From assembly GCA_951406725.2 (NCBI GenBank), contig OX597819.1, positions 48,484,001-48,548,000 of the forward strand: a DNA stretch of 64,000 bases, read 5' to 3'. A program made the position numbers and the translations under genes. Below are positions 1 to 13,556 of the stretch, piece after piece. Under the pieces are notes generated by a model that saw only the letters and a list, made by a program, of their open reading frames with translations, was not told the origin of the DNA and did no database searches. The stretch's first letter is position 1; each line of letters starts with the position of its first letter. The DNA comes from Octopus vulgaris. Its lineage: Eukaryota.

Positions 1-3000
1 TGGATCCTGACTGATTTATGCCAGCATAGAAAACAGATATTAAATTAATAATGATGATTCTAAATGTTGCAAAAGCAAAGAACTTATTACAAGTGTTAGT
101 AATGTCAGACTAGATACTTTATGCTTTCTAATTCCATGACCTGCATTTCTTCATTCAAATCCGAGAGGTAGCTTTGTTTCTCTTCTTGAAGGCACCAGAA
201 AGTTACTGTGAGTCACTTCAAGTAACTATATAATAGTTATGATAATCTTGCTTCCATTTTGGGTACTAATGACTAGATTCCCAAAAATGTCTTCTTTTTT
301 TTTTTTTAACAAGTTAGAGAATGATTTGTGGGAGACTTGACTCTAAGTAGAACTAGCATGACCACAAAGGGGCTCCCTTGTTGGGTCATTATGAAATGAA
401 AACAAAAAATCTTGTCTTGTGAAATAAGATATTTTCACTATAACCATATATAATTCTGTTATCAACAAAATAAACTATCATTTTCCAAAATGTAAATTAA
501 TATAAAAATATACAAAATTATCATTATTATTTTTAAAAATTATTATTGTTTTGAAACTACGCTTTGATAGAGTCACATTTGTCAACAAAATAACTATTAG
601 TTTATTATTTCAGCAAGTTAGTGCTATCAATTTTTCATCACACTTTATGTGACACTTGTTCACCAAGTTCTATGGCACCACTAAAATATTTACATATATT
701 TTATATATACCCTTTATCCAACCCATGCAGCACCATAGTAATAGAGACATCAAAAACTATGATGATGACAATTTAAAAAACAAATACATAATAGTTTGGG
801 AATGAAATGGCAAACAATTATCACTACATTAAAGCAAATAAATTATGTCCTATTAGCGATAAAATACCATTTTCTTGTGTAAAACAAATATATGGATATT
901 AAAGAGAAAAAACATCAGGCAGGCAAAAAATATATATATAATTACCATAAAGTATCATAATATACACACACATACATGCATATATTCACACACAGATACA
1001 CACACACATGTACAAAGCAAAATACAAGCTGATCATTTACTAATGACCTTTCATCTAACAACTAAAGTTTTGACTGATTAGTAGTCAAGCACAGATTAAG
1101 CCAATCTTTAAATTAGTAGTATTCAGTAGAAAGAGGTATTATAGCTTTTGTTGAGATTAAAATGCTTCATTAAGAGAGCTCTTTAGCAACTGAATGTATC
1201 AGTACAAGGAGTCTACACATTCCATTAGCTTTTTTTTTATATTTGTTTGTTTTGTTGTTGTTGTTGAGAGGCTACACAATTTTACTTATGACAATTATGC
1301 AATCATGAGTTTATAAGTTATGCAGAACAGCATTTTTCTTAATGACTGACTCCCTTCTTAGTTATTTCTTATCACAAATTCTGGAATTCTATTTTACTTT
1401 AGTCTGGACCACATCATTCCAAGATTTTCTAAGTCTCTACCAATTCCTCTAATCATAAACACCCAAGATTTATTTTTGCCTCACATTTGAAGTTTAATTA
1501 TTAAGCACTTTCTTGACACAGATTCAGTCAGTCTATCTCTTATAGTAGGTATATTGTACATGTCTAACGTGTTCTCTATAGAGCTTTTGAAGATCCTCAA
1601 CCTTTGTTTCGACACAATCTCACTCACATCAGCATGGTACACAATATTTTTGGGTTGTTAGCAGTAGAGGGAAGAGGTAACGAAAGAGATAAAGGAGAGA
1701 GAACAGCTACAATAAAAGCAACTCTATATTTTGAGCAAATGAAGAATCTTCAATGCAGTCACTTGACAACCTAGAAATAGCAGCCAAAGCTATGCTGTTT
1801 AAATATCAAAGGCTTGTTGGACAAAAAACACAAAACAAAACCCATGATTGAAAAGCCCTTGGTAATAGGTGTACTTAATCAGGACTGAACAACAATAATA
1901 ACTTTCCCTAATACTCCTACAGCAGTGTTTCTTAATTCCTTTACGTACCATTCTGATTTCTTTTCCCCCCTTCATAACAGTAACAGCCATGCATTAAAGG
2001 AAAATTTAATTTAGTAGGGGGGGGGGGAGAGAGAAAAATGTGTGGATATTGATAATGAATTTTTCAACCTAAATATAATTCCCTTAGTGGAATCCTGAAA
2101 CTTCCAAGTTTAAGAACCACTTCACTGAAGACTACAGAACCTAGGATATCCAGATAATCAATTGCTAAGAGAAATGAGGTCAAGTAAAAAAAGAATTTAT
2201 CACTTTTACTGAGCTATTTATTACTACAGACAAAATGACTTCAGATGTAGATTGTCTCTGCAAGAGCTTACAATGCCACAAGTAATTGTTATAAGTTAAC
2301 CAACCTGAAAGGTTACTGCTTCTTTTCAGAACCTGTTGATTTCTTCTCTACATAGTTTTGATCACTAAAACAATTCCAGCCATTTATTCGAATCAACTAT
2401 TTATCTACCAGGTTTCAGACTTTTCTCAGTCCAGTACCAAGTGAGAACATCTACCATGCACACAATACTTTTAGTAGTGAATTCAGTTGTAAAAGAAGCA
2501 TTTGGAGTGAAAAGACAAAAATGAAGTATTAGTCTATACATTCTAAATCCTCATTGGAGAAATTTATCTACTTTATTTGTTAAATAACCTCACAGATGAA
2601 TCTCACAGACCTTGTAATCATTCATTCACATCTAATTTTATTAGACATTAGATGTCTGTTGGGTCCTATATCAATCATATTGAAAGGTTTTGGATACACA
2701 AACACATACATACACACATATATACATATACTTTCAAATAATACTTTAAATCCCTCACCCACCCCACCCAACACCAAGTTTACACATTTATTATTTTCAT
2801 GTTCACATGTTCTGCCATCTTTGATAATTTATACTTGGCTTTCAATCTCACTGCTAGGTTTATTTCTACTGCTCAACTGCTGCTTCTCTTCCTACTTCTC
2901 TCAGAGATATTACTACGATGAATAACTGGTGGAACCTGGGCTTCAAACAGAAACTAAGCTTCAGGCAAAGTGCTTTCATGTAAATGAACAATTATAAGCA

Positions 3001-4737
3001 ATAAGCACTAATGGAAAGGATCCAAGGTCACAGGTTTGAAATCCACTTGTAACGTTCAGCAGATTTTGCCTTTCCTTTATGCATGCACACATCAAGGAAG
3101 TTGAAACTATAGAATATTCATTTTCAATGTGAATTGGTCTTTGACAACCAAAGGCACTAAATGACTTGAGGCATGTAATTTCATTTGTAAAAATATTATA
3201 ACCTTTTAAAGCACTTTTGAAATAGCTAAGCAAAATCCCATCAAATATATATTCCCAGCATAATTCTTATAATGCTCTGCTAAAATATAGCTCTTGATAT
3301 TTGATCTAACTACTTCCTCTCACACAAGATAAAAAAAACACTAAAATCCTAATTAAAAATCAACTAATTAATTAGACATAATAGTATTAAAATCAAATTG
3401 AGGGTATCCTGCTTAATCACTGATTTTCTGGAAGTAGAGGAATTCTATAATTTACTTTGATAAAGGGGCTTGTGTAAAGAGTTATTATTGTAATCTAAGT
3501 CAGCTCTGATTGAGCAGATGTAAAACTAAAAGCATTTCAGAGGTGACTATACCATTCTAGGAATGTTCAATATGTTCCTCATTTTTCATGACAACAGGGC
3601 ATGATTTGAGGAAGATTTGAATACTTTTTCTAACAGGTTGAGTGACCAAGTAGAAGTTCTCTTGTTGGCTCATGTACAAGGAGATAGTTTATATGTTGTA
3701 ATTTAGCAATATTATTGTAAACTATAACAAAAGGATGGGGAGAAGGAGGGAAAGTCAGAGGGATGTTATAAATGGGGTTTTGAGCTAATGGATTAAGTTT
3801 TGAAAGCAGTACAAAGAGTCAAAGCAAAATTATTGGTTTGATTGGATAGGATGTACACGGAGATATGATATCATATCACAGACATATTTCTACTAGGATA
3901 ACAGTAAAAGGTTTTTGGCTAATATATGACAGGAAATAATTTTCACACAAAAACGATATCCTCCCACAGTTATTCATGTATGCTAATAAGACCAAAATAT
4001 GCCCAGAGTTGTTACTGTAATTATCACTGCATCTCCATTAAGTTTTAATTTTAGAGTTATTCCTTTTACCTCACTTGACAAGAATTTCTGAGCCAATGAC
4101 TTAAGACTGATGTGCTTACAATGAAATTGAAAGTGGGCACATGAGGGCATGGGTAAAGAAATCTACCCTGTCATTTTCTTTCTGTTAGTCCTGCATTCCA
4201 TCAGGACTAGATTGTTGAACTCCTAGAGAGCAATGACCACTTGGATTTTCATTGGAGATTCAATTCAACTAAAAATAACATCCAACACTTGGAAGAATTG
4301 TCTAATAAAGACATTTAAACAGATCAACAAAATTAAAACTAAACTCCTAATCAACAGCTACAAAATTCCATTAGCATTAAAGAAACTGTCTTCAAGAATA
4401 CTCAGGAAAATAAGAGGTATGGATTCAGTTAATGTGGGAGGAAATTGTAAGTATATGAAAAAAAGGACAGTGGAATCATAGACAGACTGATTAGAAAGTA
4501 TACCATAAAAGTTCACGTAAAATAATATATCTCTTGATTTTTGAGCCTGAATTGTCTTAAAAATCTCAGAACACACAACTGCTGCAAGAACAGATAATCT
4601 ACTTTAAATTTAATATATTTTTTAAAATTTCATTTTGTTGACACACACACAGTTTTTGTTAAGCAGTGTCAATTTTTACAATTCTGTAAATAAATAATAA
4701 TAATAATAATAATAATAGTATTATATAAGCTTAAAGC

Positions 4738-5013
4738 TTATAAGCGATTACCATGCAATGACTAAAGAAAATAGTCTAATAATGGGGCATATAAGCCCTT
4801 GACGGAAAAAAGTAGGTTTTCCCATACGTGTGGGACTTGAATCCACACCTCTTTGTTGTGCACTAGTGTAATGGTAGCATTCATGTCAGGAAAACAAAGA
4901 GGTGTGGGTTCGAGTCCCATGTGTACGGGAAAAACCTACTTTTTACCGTCAAGGGCTTATATGTCCCATTATTAGATTATTTTCTTTAGTCATTGTGCAG
5001 TGATCGCTTATAA
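4738..5013. repeat. Long imperfect inverted repeat (about 120-bp arms) built from a tRNA-like/SINE-like unit
   Basis: Left arm ttataagcgat...cacctctttgtt (4738-4857) is the reverse complement of aacaaagaggtg...atcgcttataa (4893-5013). The centre reads gtgcac-tagtgtaatggtagca (A box)...ggttcgagtccc (B box)-atgtgtac. Confidence 0.85.
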
Positions 5014-5446
5014 AATACTACTAATAATATATATATAGTGATATAAAACTATAAAGCTTTATTACATTGTCCTTTTCTTAATAAAAAGTTGGTAGGAGGT
5101 GTTTGCAGATCATGTATTAAATGTACTTCTTATCTTAACTGTGATTTTAGTGGAGGTGGGGGGGAGCATATTTTATACTTAAAGCTTTACAATAATTGTG
5201 GATGTACTTGATGTGATGGGGTAGCTAATTTAAGCCCTTAGGTAGCTCAGATGACTTGCTGGAAATAGTGGATAAGTTCTACTAGTGAAATATGGACAAG
5301 TAGCACAGGAAGTAGAAGTAAGGAAAGTATGGTGGCTAAGGCTTGAAGTACACAGAAGTCTAGGGCAAAGCATTGCATCAGAATTCTCATAAAGGCAAAC
5401 TAAAAGACAAGTATAAGAAGTGTGGTGTTGTATGGTGTTAGAATAT

Positions 5447-5775
5447 CGCCTAGTGGTTAGAGCAGCGGACTTGCAGGTTCAAATCTCAGACTGGGCGATG
5501 TGTGTGTTTATGAGCGAAAAACCTAAGCTCCATGCAACTCCACAAAGGCAGCGAGCTGGCAGAAACGTTAGCATGCCGGGTGAAATGCGTAGCCGTATTC
5601 CGTTTGTCGTTACGTTGTGAGTTCAAATTCCACCGAGGTCAACTTTGCCTTTCATCCTTTCGGGGTCAATAAATTAAGTACCAGTTACGCACTGGGGTCG
5701 ATGTAATCGACTTAATACCTATGTCTGTCCTTGTTTGTCCCGTTTATGTTTAGCCCCTTGTGGGTAATAAAGAAA
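5447..5775 (+). mobile_element. Composite tRNA-derived SINE insertion (truncated tRNA head plus full family-A SINE) with TSD
   Basis: Head tagtggttagagc...ggttcaaatc, then ggcagcgagctggcagaaacg...gagttcaaattcc...gcctttcatcctttcggggtc...gtgggtaataaagaaa. Flanked by GTGTTAGAATAT at 5435-5446 and 5776-5787. Confidence 0.85.
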
Positions 5776-7850
5776 GTGTTAGAATATTGCCAGTGAAGGT
5801 AGAGAACCTACCATTGCTTTGCCAGACAAGCCTTGTTAACTTAGGAGAGTGAATAATAGTGTCATTTGGTTACAGTTTACAAATGGCTCAGTCACTGATT
5901 AATTACAGTTAAGAGTTACTGGTGTGTGCTTATGCAACTTGTGGACAAATACCACAAGGTATTTTTGCTTGAAAGTACTGGTATATTGGTTTTCTTGCTA
6001 CTGGTATTTTTTAAAATTTTGTCAAGGCATGTACATTCACTCACTCTTTCTCATCTGATCAGGTACTGGTCAACCCAAGGTTATAGCAGAATGTTGCATA
6101 CCAGGATTGAAACCAGAACCGTGTCTTATCCACATGGTCTCACCTGCAGTTTAGCCCCAGTAGGTATTAGCTGACTTACAGAAGATAAATGCTTACTATG
6201 TAGTGGTATGTGGATGACACAGGTTAATCTGAGGCATGCAGGGTAAGAAATATTATGAATTAGTCACAACACCTTGCAGGAGAATTAAAGCAGTTAGATT
6301 TACTCTTCAGAATATTGGGCTTAAATGAGGAAATGATATAGATCTCTGCAATCCATATTAAAACAACCACAATCATCATTATAATGTGTATGTCAACATT
6401 GTCATAATTACAATAGCAAAACAAAATAAATATAAAAGTTGACTTTTGCTATTGAATCTTTAAAATACTACTCACACACTGCCATCTTTCTAAAATGTTA
6501 ATCCCTTAAATTCAGACAGCTGCAGTGACTTGAATTCAATCTTTTGATGGATATGAAACATTGAAGCAGGTGATTTGGAGATTAAAAATAACTTCAATGT
6601 GAATTTTTAAAAGCTCATGACAGTGCAGTCAACAACATCAATGTACACGGATGAAAATTACAACACAGACAAAAGAATGACATTCACATTTTCAGAACCA
6701 AAGGAATTTATTTTGTTTAGAGAAATAAAAGGTTTTGAACATAAGAATAACATTTTCCTTCAGGAAAATTATTAAATTAGATGGAAAGTATTTTACTGAG
6801 CTACATATCTGTACTTTCAGATAGTAGTACAGTTTAAAAGCAATGAGTGCACAGTTTTATACAAACACACACACACACAAAATTGTGTATGTAAGTGTCA
6901 TCATCGGTTAATGTATATGCAGGCATATATACATATATATATATACACACATACATGTGTATAGTTTATGTATATTCATAGAAACAGAGAGACATTATAC
7001 ATACAAAATAATACATATGTTATAGATATGGTTTATTTGTTTTACAATAAACCCCAATAGTTCTTGATTGATGGTTATGGTGGAAGAGTAGATGAATATT
7101 CATTGAATATCCAGGGAATAATTATTTACACTAACATTTGTGTAAGGACAGAGGAAGGAATTTGAAGGTCTAGTCATACTAAACATTTTAGTGGCTTCTG
7201 TGTGATACTGTTTAAGGAAAAGGGCAGTTTTTTCTACTTTAGTCATTAATTAATCCTGTTGAGTAGGCGGTGGAGGGAGAACGAAGACAGTTGATGCTTA
7301 ATTTTAAATATCAAGAACTGGAGGTCTTGAATATCTGATTTGTTAATTCTTAAATTAGTAGCTTTAAGTATTTCAGTGATCTATTTGTATGTGTGAAGCC
7401 TTAATAATAATAATAATAATAATAATGTGAGTAGATGTGTTTAAGAATTATTAATAGTTGCTCCTAGTGTATGTATATTCATGTGAAGGGTAGAGGACAG
7501 ACTCCGGAAACCTGCCAGACAGTACAACTTCTACCTCCTATTTAGTTGTTGACATGCCTTAAAAATTGTAGAATACTCTAAATGTAGTCATTATATGTAG
7601 AGAGGACAGATAGAAGAAAATACCATTTAGTAGTTATAGTAAAATATAAACAAAATAGGAGACCATATGATTTCGAAATAAAACTACTGAAGAGGTGAAC
7701 GATTGAATTATTTCTTAAAAGTTTCTTTAGCCTGGAAGTTGTTTGTAGTTATCAACTAAGTAACGTGCAGCTGGGCTCAAAGTTAAATGATCACCAATCA
7801 AATATTCTAAGAGTGTATACCACAATTTAAGAATATATAAGCATGCGATA

Positions 7851-8010
7851 AGGCGGCGAGCTTGCAGAATCGTTATCAAGCTGGGCTAAATGCTTCGTTC
7901 GTCTTTAGGTTCTGAGTTGAAATTCCGCCGAAGGCGACTTCGCATTTCATCATTTCGGTGTCGATAAAATAAGTACCAATTAACACTGGGGTCGATATAA
8001 TCGACTTAAA
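7851..8010 (+). mobile_element. Family-A tRNA-derived SINE copy
   Basis: ggcggcgagcttgcagaatcgtt...gagttgaaattccgccg...tttcatcatttcggtgtcgataaaataagtacc; homologous to 5546-5775. Confidence 0.85.
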
Positions 8011-8589
8011 TACTTCTAGTATGAGTTAAAAAAAAAAGAAAAGAAAAACTGCATCTCTCTGCCAAGCCATCAATCAGAGTGACTGAGTAGGCTCAGAAAA
8101 GCCATTCTCTGATGGACAAAACATGCTAAGGCCCTCGTCCTGTAGTGAACTGAATACGAGCAATCCAAATTCAAAATCCAAGCATGCAATATGTCCAAAA
8201 TGAAGAGTCCTAAAACCCAAGTAAAAAATTTGGAAATTTCGAGTTTATTTCCAATTAGAACGATGCTTGTTTGTGCCTCTAATTTACAAAGGTTATACAG
8301 GAAGAGGGAGTAAAATAAAAATAACAGAACATGTTATTGAATCTACGAGTTGCTAGTTGAATGATTCTAAGAGCCAACAGGTTGAGACTGAGTAAATTTA
8401 TACAACTAAGATGAACTGCAAACTAGCTGCAGTTCTTTCCTTTCTGAATATACAATAAGTTCAGAATTAAAAGAAGAAACCTGTTGACTTGATGCATCTA
8501 TAAACACTTTCTTAAAGCACATTATGGGAATTAAGCACTTTGTTAATTTGTGTATATATATATATATATACACACACACACAAGTCCAC

Positions 8590-8835
8590 CTTAGTCCTTA
8601 TTTTTTAAAGTCTGGCACTTATTCTAATGGTTCCTTTTTGCTGAAACAGATACAAAGACACAACATATATACGATGGGCTTTCACACAGTTTCCGTCTAC
8701 CAAATTCACTCACAAAGCATCGGCCAGTCTAGAAGCTGTAATAAGAAGACGCTTATCCAAGGTGCCATGCAGTTGAACTGAACGCGAAACCGCGCAATTT
8801 CAGGACATGCTTCTTAACCACACAGCCATATCTGT
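8590..8835 (-). mobile_element. Family-B (CORE-type) tRNA-derived SINE, degraded
   Basis: cagtttccgtctaccaaattcactcacaaag...ccaaggtgccatgcagt...accacacagcc; matches the copies at 23251-23677 and 41724-42137. Confidence 0.75.
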
Positions 8836-10059
8836 GGACACACACACACACACACACTACTTTTGAAAAAGAAAAATATTTTATACTTTTAGCAGCATTA
8901 GAATTGGTGAGGGAAGAGAAAACGCTAAATAACATTTGATTTGATAGTTTTCTGTTTTAAAAGTTGTGGGTTCTTTTACCGATTCTAACCAGTATGTTGT
9001 GGACGTGCGGGGCACTGTCCTCAAAATATTCTGCTCAGCGTGGAGCTTTGCATTTCGAACTTATGAGGCTCATGAAATAATTATCAACAAACATACGAGA
9101 ATGAAGTCAACTGAAAATAACCCCAACCACAATAAAAATGGAATTGAGCCAACCAAAACATCGAGAAAACGTTGAAATGTTGAGTTAACGAGGAAGCATA
9201 CGTTTAGTGGCTTTCTGTGCTAGAAATAGCAACCATATCTTTCAAGGCTCGATTGGATTAAATAGATAGTATTGCAAGCTGGAATGCCTGGAAAATAATA
9301 TAGAACTATAACTGTTCTATTCTATGAGTGTTGATCTCGAGCTAAATAACAAGAAAAGGTGGTGATGAACGTTACAGATTTAAAGAAAATTCAGAGCTAT
9401 TTCGCTCCAATTAAATCCTTGAAAAATGAGCGTACACCACAACCTCCCTCTCGCAAAAATCTGTTGCTACGACAGTAAGAGACTGTTAAACATCAAAAGG
9501 TTAAAAAGAAAGAAAAAAAGAATAAAATGTAGCTTCTTACTAATGTAGGTGGAAAGATGGTATAACATTGAAATAAGTATATTACATGTTCAACATGTAA
9601 TATATACAATATAATTAACGTAGCAAAAAAGTTTTGCGAGCAATTTTAAAACTTTAACAAATCTGAAGTTGTAATTATAAATGAAATGGAAATTAGTGTC
9701 GTAATAAAAAAATATATAAACCCCTGCCAAAAGAGAACATAAACAAGAGTTAAGAAAAACCCACACATTTATTTAAAGCCTGCGTGAATGTACGGTGGGT
9801 GCGTGGTAGTAGTAGCCAATCCCCGTCTTTGAATGGCGAGCTGGGAAGGAAGTGTTGAGTTGAGTTGAGTTTTACAGCTGTCGATCAGCACAATGAAAAT
9901 ACATCATAGTAAACAAAGATCAATGCAATGCACCAAGTAGTTAGCTAAAATGGACAGAAAGTGAGTGGGAGAAAATGGATAGAAAGAAGAAGTAGGTATG
10001 TGGGGGAAGTTATCAAGTCACCGAGCTATGTGTGAATTGTAAAGAATAAAGGTGACTGG

Positions 10060-10490
10060 ACGCGTCATAGTTTAGCCCTGACGAGCAGATCAAAAACATT
10101 CCGGCCGAGATCATCTTGTCTTTTTATGGGTACGTGGAGGACTACTTTCCTTTACTTCTCCAAAACGGTGGAGCGTAATTCGAGGGGAATTTTGTTGCTA
10201 TTTCTAGCATGCCAAACCATCGTGTACCCTCGTAGCTACAAGCAGATGCGTTTATGTAGATATAAATACATACATAGATGTATAAATGAATTTGATCAAT
10301 CGACATACAGAAAACAACAGCTAAATCTCTCTAGTTTTAAGAAACCTGAACACATGTACTAGGAAATGTAGTCCTAGCTATCTACATACTACGTTTGAAA
10401 ACAAGGCAAGATGGTCATGGCCAAAAAGGCTTTTGATCACAGGTCCAGTCATATTACAGCTGACCTGGAGGCCAAGCAGCAACGACTGCA
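10060..10490. repeat. Old dispersed repeat family C (two opposed copies here; many more across the window)
   Basis: Recurring motifs ctagaaatagcagccaaa and agccctgatcgagcagacctatgatcaaaggcattccagccatgaccatc, also at about 300-385, 1735-1800, 3495-3670, 9200-9350, 11865-12090, 13720-13920, 17760-17980, 18240-18440, 35430-35510, 41270-41480, 42140-42310, 54970-55130 and 55870-56905. Confidence 0.7.
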
Positions 10491-11069
10491 AGATAAATCG
10501 ACTTCTAATATAATAATAGCCAAGACTGATCAGACTGGTTGACTACTGACGTGTGTATGGATGGGTGTGAGCGTGTGTGAATGCAGTCATGTCTTTTGAG
10601 GAATAAACAGATAGTAAAAGGTGAGAAAGTACACGGCAACGCCAAACAAAACACGAGTGTTTATAATGTTCACATTGTCTATAAAAACACGGCGGCTACC
10701 ACCACCACCACCACCACCATCATCATCATCAAAGTGAGACTAAAGCAGTGACTAGATAAATCACAGTTATTATTTTACAAAGTATTTTGCAAACTATATT
10801 TAAAGAATAATGAATAGGCGAAATAGCGGACATGCCCATTAGACAAACAAAATATAAACCATAAGTGAAAGGTTGGTTTTTGGTGATAAGACGTATATAT
10901 ATATCCACGTAATGTGTGAGCATATATGTGTGTGTATATATATTATATATAATATATACACACACAACTGCAGGCGTGCATGCGTCTTGAAATAACTACA
11001 TATGTAATAGGTTATTTAAAAGAGAATATTCTTTCTAACACATGTTCATATGAGATTAAATAATTTGCC

Positions 11070-11194
11070 TCTATTAAATATATACAGTATACACACGTAA
11101 ATATATATAATGCATATACAGCATAAACAAATATATAATATATATATACAGTGTAAACACAAATATATAATATACATATATGTATATAGTTTAA

Positions 11195-11229
<35 letters not shown>

Positions 11230-11239
11230 AACAGTTTAA

Positions 11240-11274
<35 letters not shown>

Positions 11275-11329
11275 AACAGTTAAAACACACACACACACAC
11301 ATATATATATATACATATAAACAGTTTAA

Positions 11330-11368
<39 letters not shown>

Positions 11369-11545
11369 CATATATACAGTTTAAACACGTAAATATATAT
11401 AGAGTATAATCACGTAAATATACATAGTGTAAACACGTAAATGTAATATATGTATATATTTATGCACACACATCGTATGTTTGTGTGTGTGTATGTATAT
11501 ATATGTATATATATATATAATATACACATGTATATTTATATATAA
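11070..11545. repeat. Compound micro/minisatellite: acagtttaaa(CA)n(TA)n units
   Basis: Unit acagtttaaacacacacacatatatatat repeated about five times, with flanking acacgtaaatatata variants. Confidence 0.9.
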
Positions 11546-13448
11546 TATATAACTTTCAAACCAACGAAACAAAAGGCTACCATCGTAATCTAGCAGTTTG
11601 TCAGAGACATAATGGTAGAAGAGACAGCAGTAATAACAAGCTAGAGAGAACCCTTAAATGTAGGGAAGAGCTGCATATAATGTAACAAGTCAAATTTAAG
11701 AACTCTGAAGAGGAAAGAGAGAGACAGACAGAAAGAGAGAGTTAGTTTTAAAGTAGTTTATTGATTGAACATGTACTACTAATTGCGGTTAATTTAGAAG
11801 GATCATTAATATTGTTTAGTTAATATTTGTTGTTTGTTGGTCTGGCAAATCTTATTCCTTGATCTAGTTGCTGTTGCTTGGCCCCCAACTGAACTCTGAT
11901 CGAACAGATAAACCTATAAGCAAAGGCTTTCCACCCATGACCATTCCATAAAAAAAAAAATTTTTTTTTGTATACATCAGGGACTGCAATGCTTTACCGC
12001 TCCTTTTTAAGGCGGTAAGATGGACTTTGAGGGATATTTGGCAGCTGCATTTAGCAAATCGAGCGACTCTGCAGAGGCTCCCTCGAAGCTCGATCTTAGA
12101 TGTTGATCTGTCTACTTCAAAAGAAAATCACCGATACTGTATACACACATATACATTTGCATTATTGTTTTTAGCCGGAAAACATTACAAACAACCGAAG
12201 AAATTCTAAATTCTTGTTTAGAGAATACACACACACATATGTATAAAACAATAAATCTATCTGAACTCCTAAGACGATATAAAACATGAATGATAAACTA
12301 TATAAAAGATAATTAGAAATTTCATTTTAATCACGATTAAAGAAAGTACTAGTGTGTACAGCTCCACACATACACACCTGCTTCCTCTGTATGTATATAT
12401 TACGTGCACACTCCCTATACTCCGAGTTTCACTAATCTTAAAACTTCGGGTAGTAACAAATATATATATATACACACACACACATTCTTACATATTTCGT
12501 ACTTTTACCTCTTGTTTGTAAACTCGCACGTAGTTACACATTATAAATATATACATGTATATTTATATATACCTACACCGATACACATATGTGATTTCTG
12601 CAGTCTGATTGTCTGAGACAAACGTGGATATGACTAAACCAACACATTACACAGACACACACACACTTTCACCCACGTATCTAATTACCAACCGTGAAGA
12701 AGGGGTGTGTAAGTTCATAGAAATTATAAACTAAGACAACCACGATGGTGTGTGTGTGTGTGTGTATGTTAAGAATAAATATGATCGCAGATAATCTCAA
12801 TACAGACTAGTTAAAACCATCTCCTAAAGCACTTTATTGTTAGCATTACTTCTAATAGTAGCATTATGATTAAGATAAACAATACACTTTAGCCATTTCA
12901 TTTAAATGGAAACAGAATAAGGCACAAAGAACTTTCTTTTAGAGCCTCAAAAGAACACCAGATCGGGGTATATATGTGTGCGTATTTATATATATATGTA
13001 TATATATATATATGCTTTTATTCATGTAGAATAAAAACTGAGATCTAATAAAGAAAATTAGCAATGATGAATTACTATAATTTTCCCCCTTTAATATTTT
13101 TCTTGGCCTAAATTTAGTAGTCTTACGTTGTTATAAGTTTAGGCTATCCCTAATAATAAAAAAAAAAAGCGGCGGCCATATTTTTAATACATATGCGTGG
13201 TGGTAGGCACTTAATATAACACATTGTAAGTTAGACTGACTACTTAGTGCTTCATACCTTCAGGCTAATATGATTTGTTGATGGACAGAGTAAATGTAAG
13301 TAAACCTACCTGTAAGTCTGACTTTCATAGGGCCACTGTGTCCGTTACTAGCCATGATAGCGGAGAAAATCCGTAGAGAACATATCCTTCCTTCCTCACT
13401 ATACTACTGCGCGTGGTGTTGTGTGTTTCCTCGTTTGGGCCTGCTACA

Positions 13449-13556
13449 TGACCTCTCGTATGCAAATGAGAAGCGACACGGATTGGTGACCTCTCGCGTA
13501 TGCAAATCCGTAGTGACACGGACTGATGACCTCTCGTGTATGCAAATTAGCGAGGA
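13449..13556. promoter_or_regulatory. Three 40-bp-periodic TGACCT + octamer (ATGCAAAT) modules; candidate enhancer/promoter
   Basis: ATGCAAAT at 13460-13467, 13500-13507 and 13540-13547, each preceded by TGACCTCTCG; CpG-rich context; YY1-like gcggcggccatatttt at 13169-13184. Confidence 0.5.

Noticed and set aside
4858-4926. Functional tRNA gene
   Set aside because: The anticodon arm does not pair, so it is treated as a SINE-like head.
7485-7530. Hammerhead-like GAAAC...GTA
   Set aside because: No CUGANGA segment upstream.
8979-9073. Selenoprotein-like in-frame TGA in a minus-strand reading frame
   Set aside because: No recognisable selenoprotein motif or SECIS; a chance stop is more likely.
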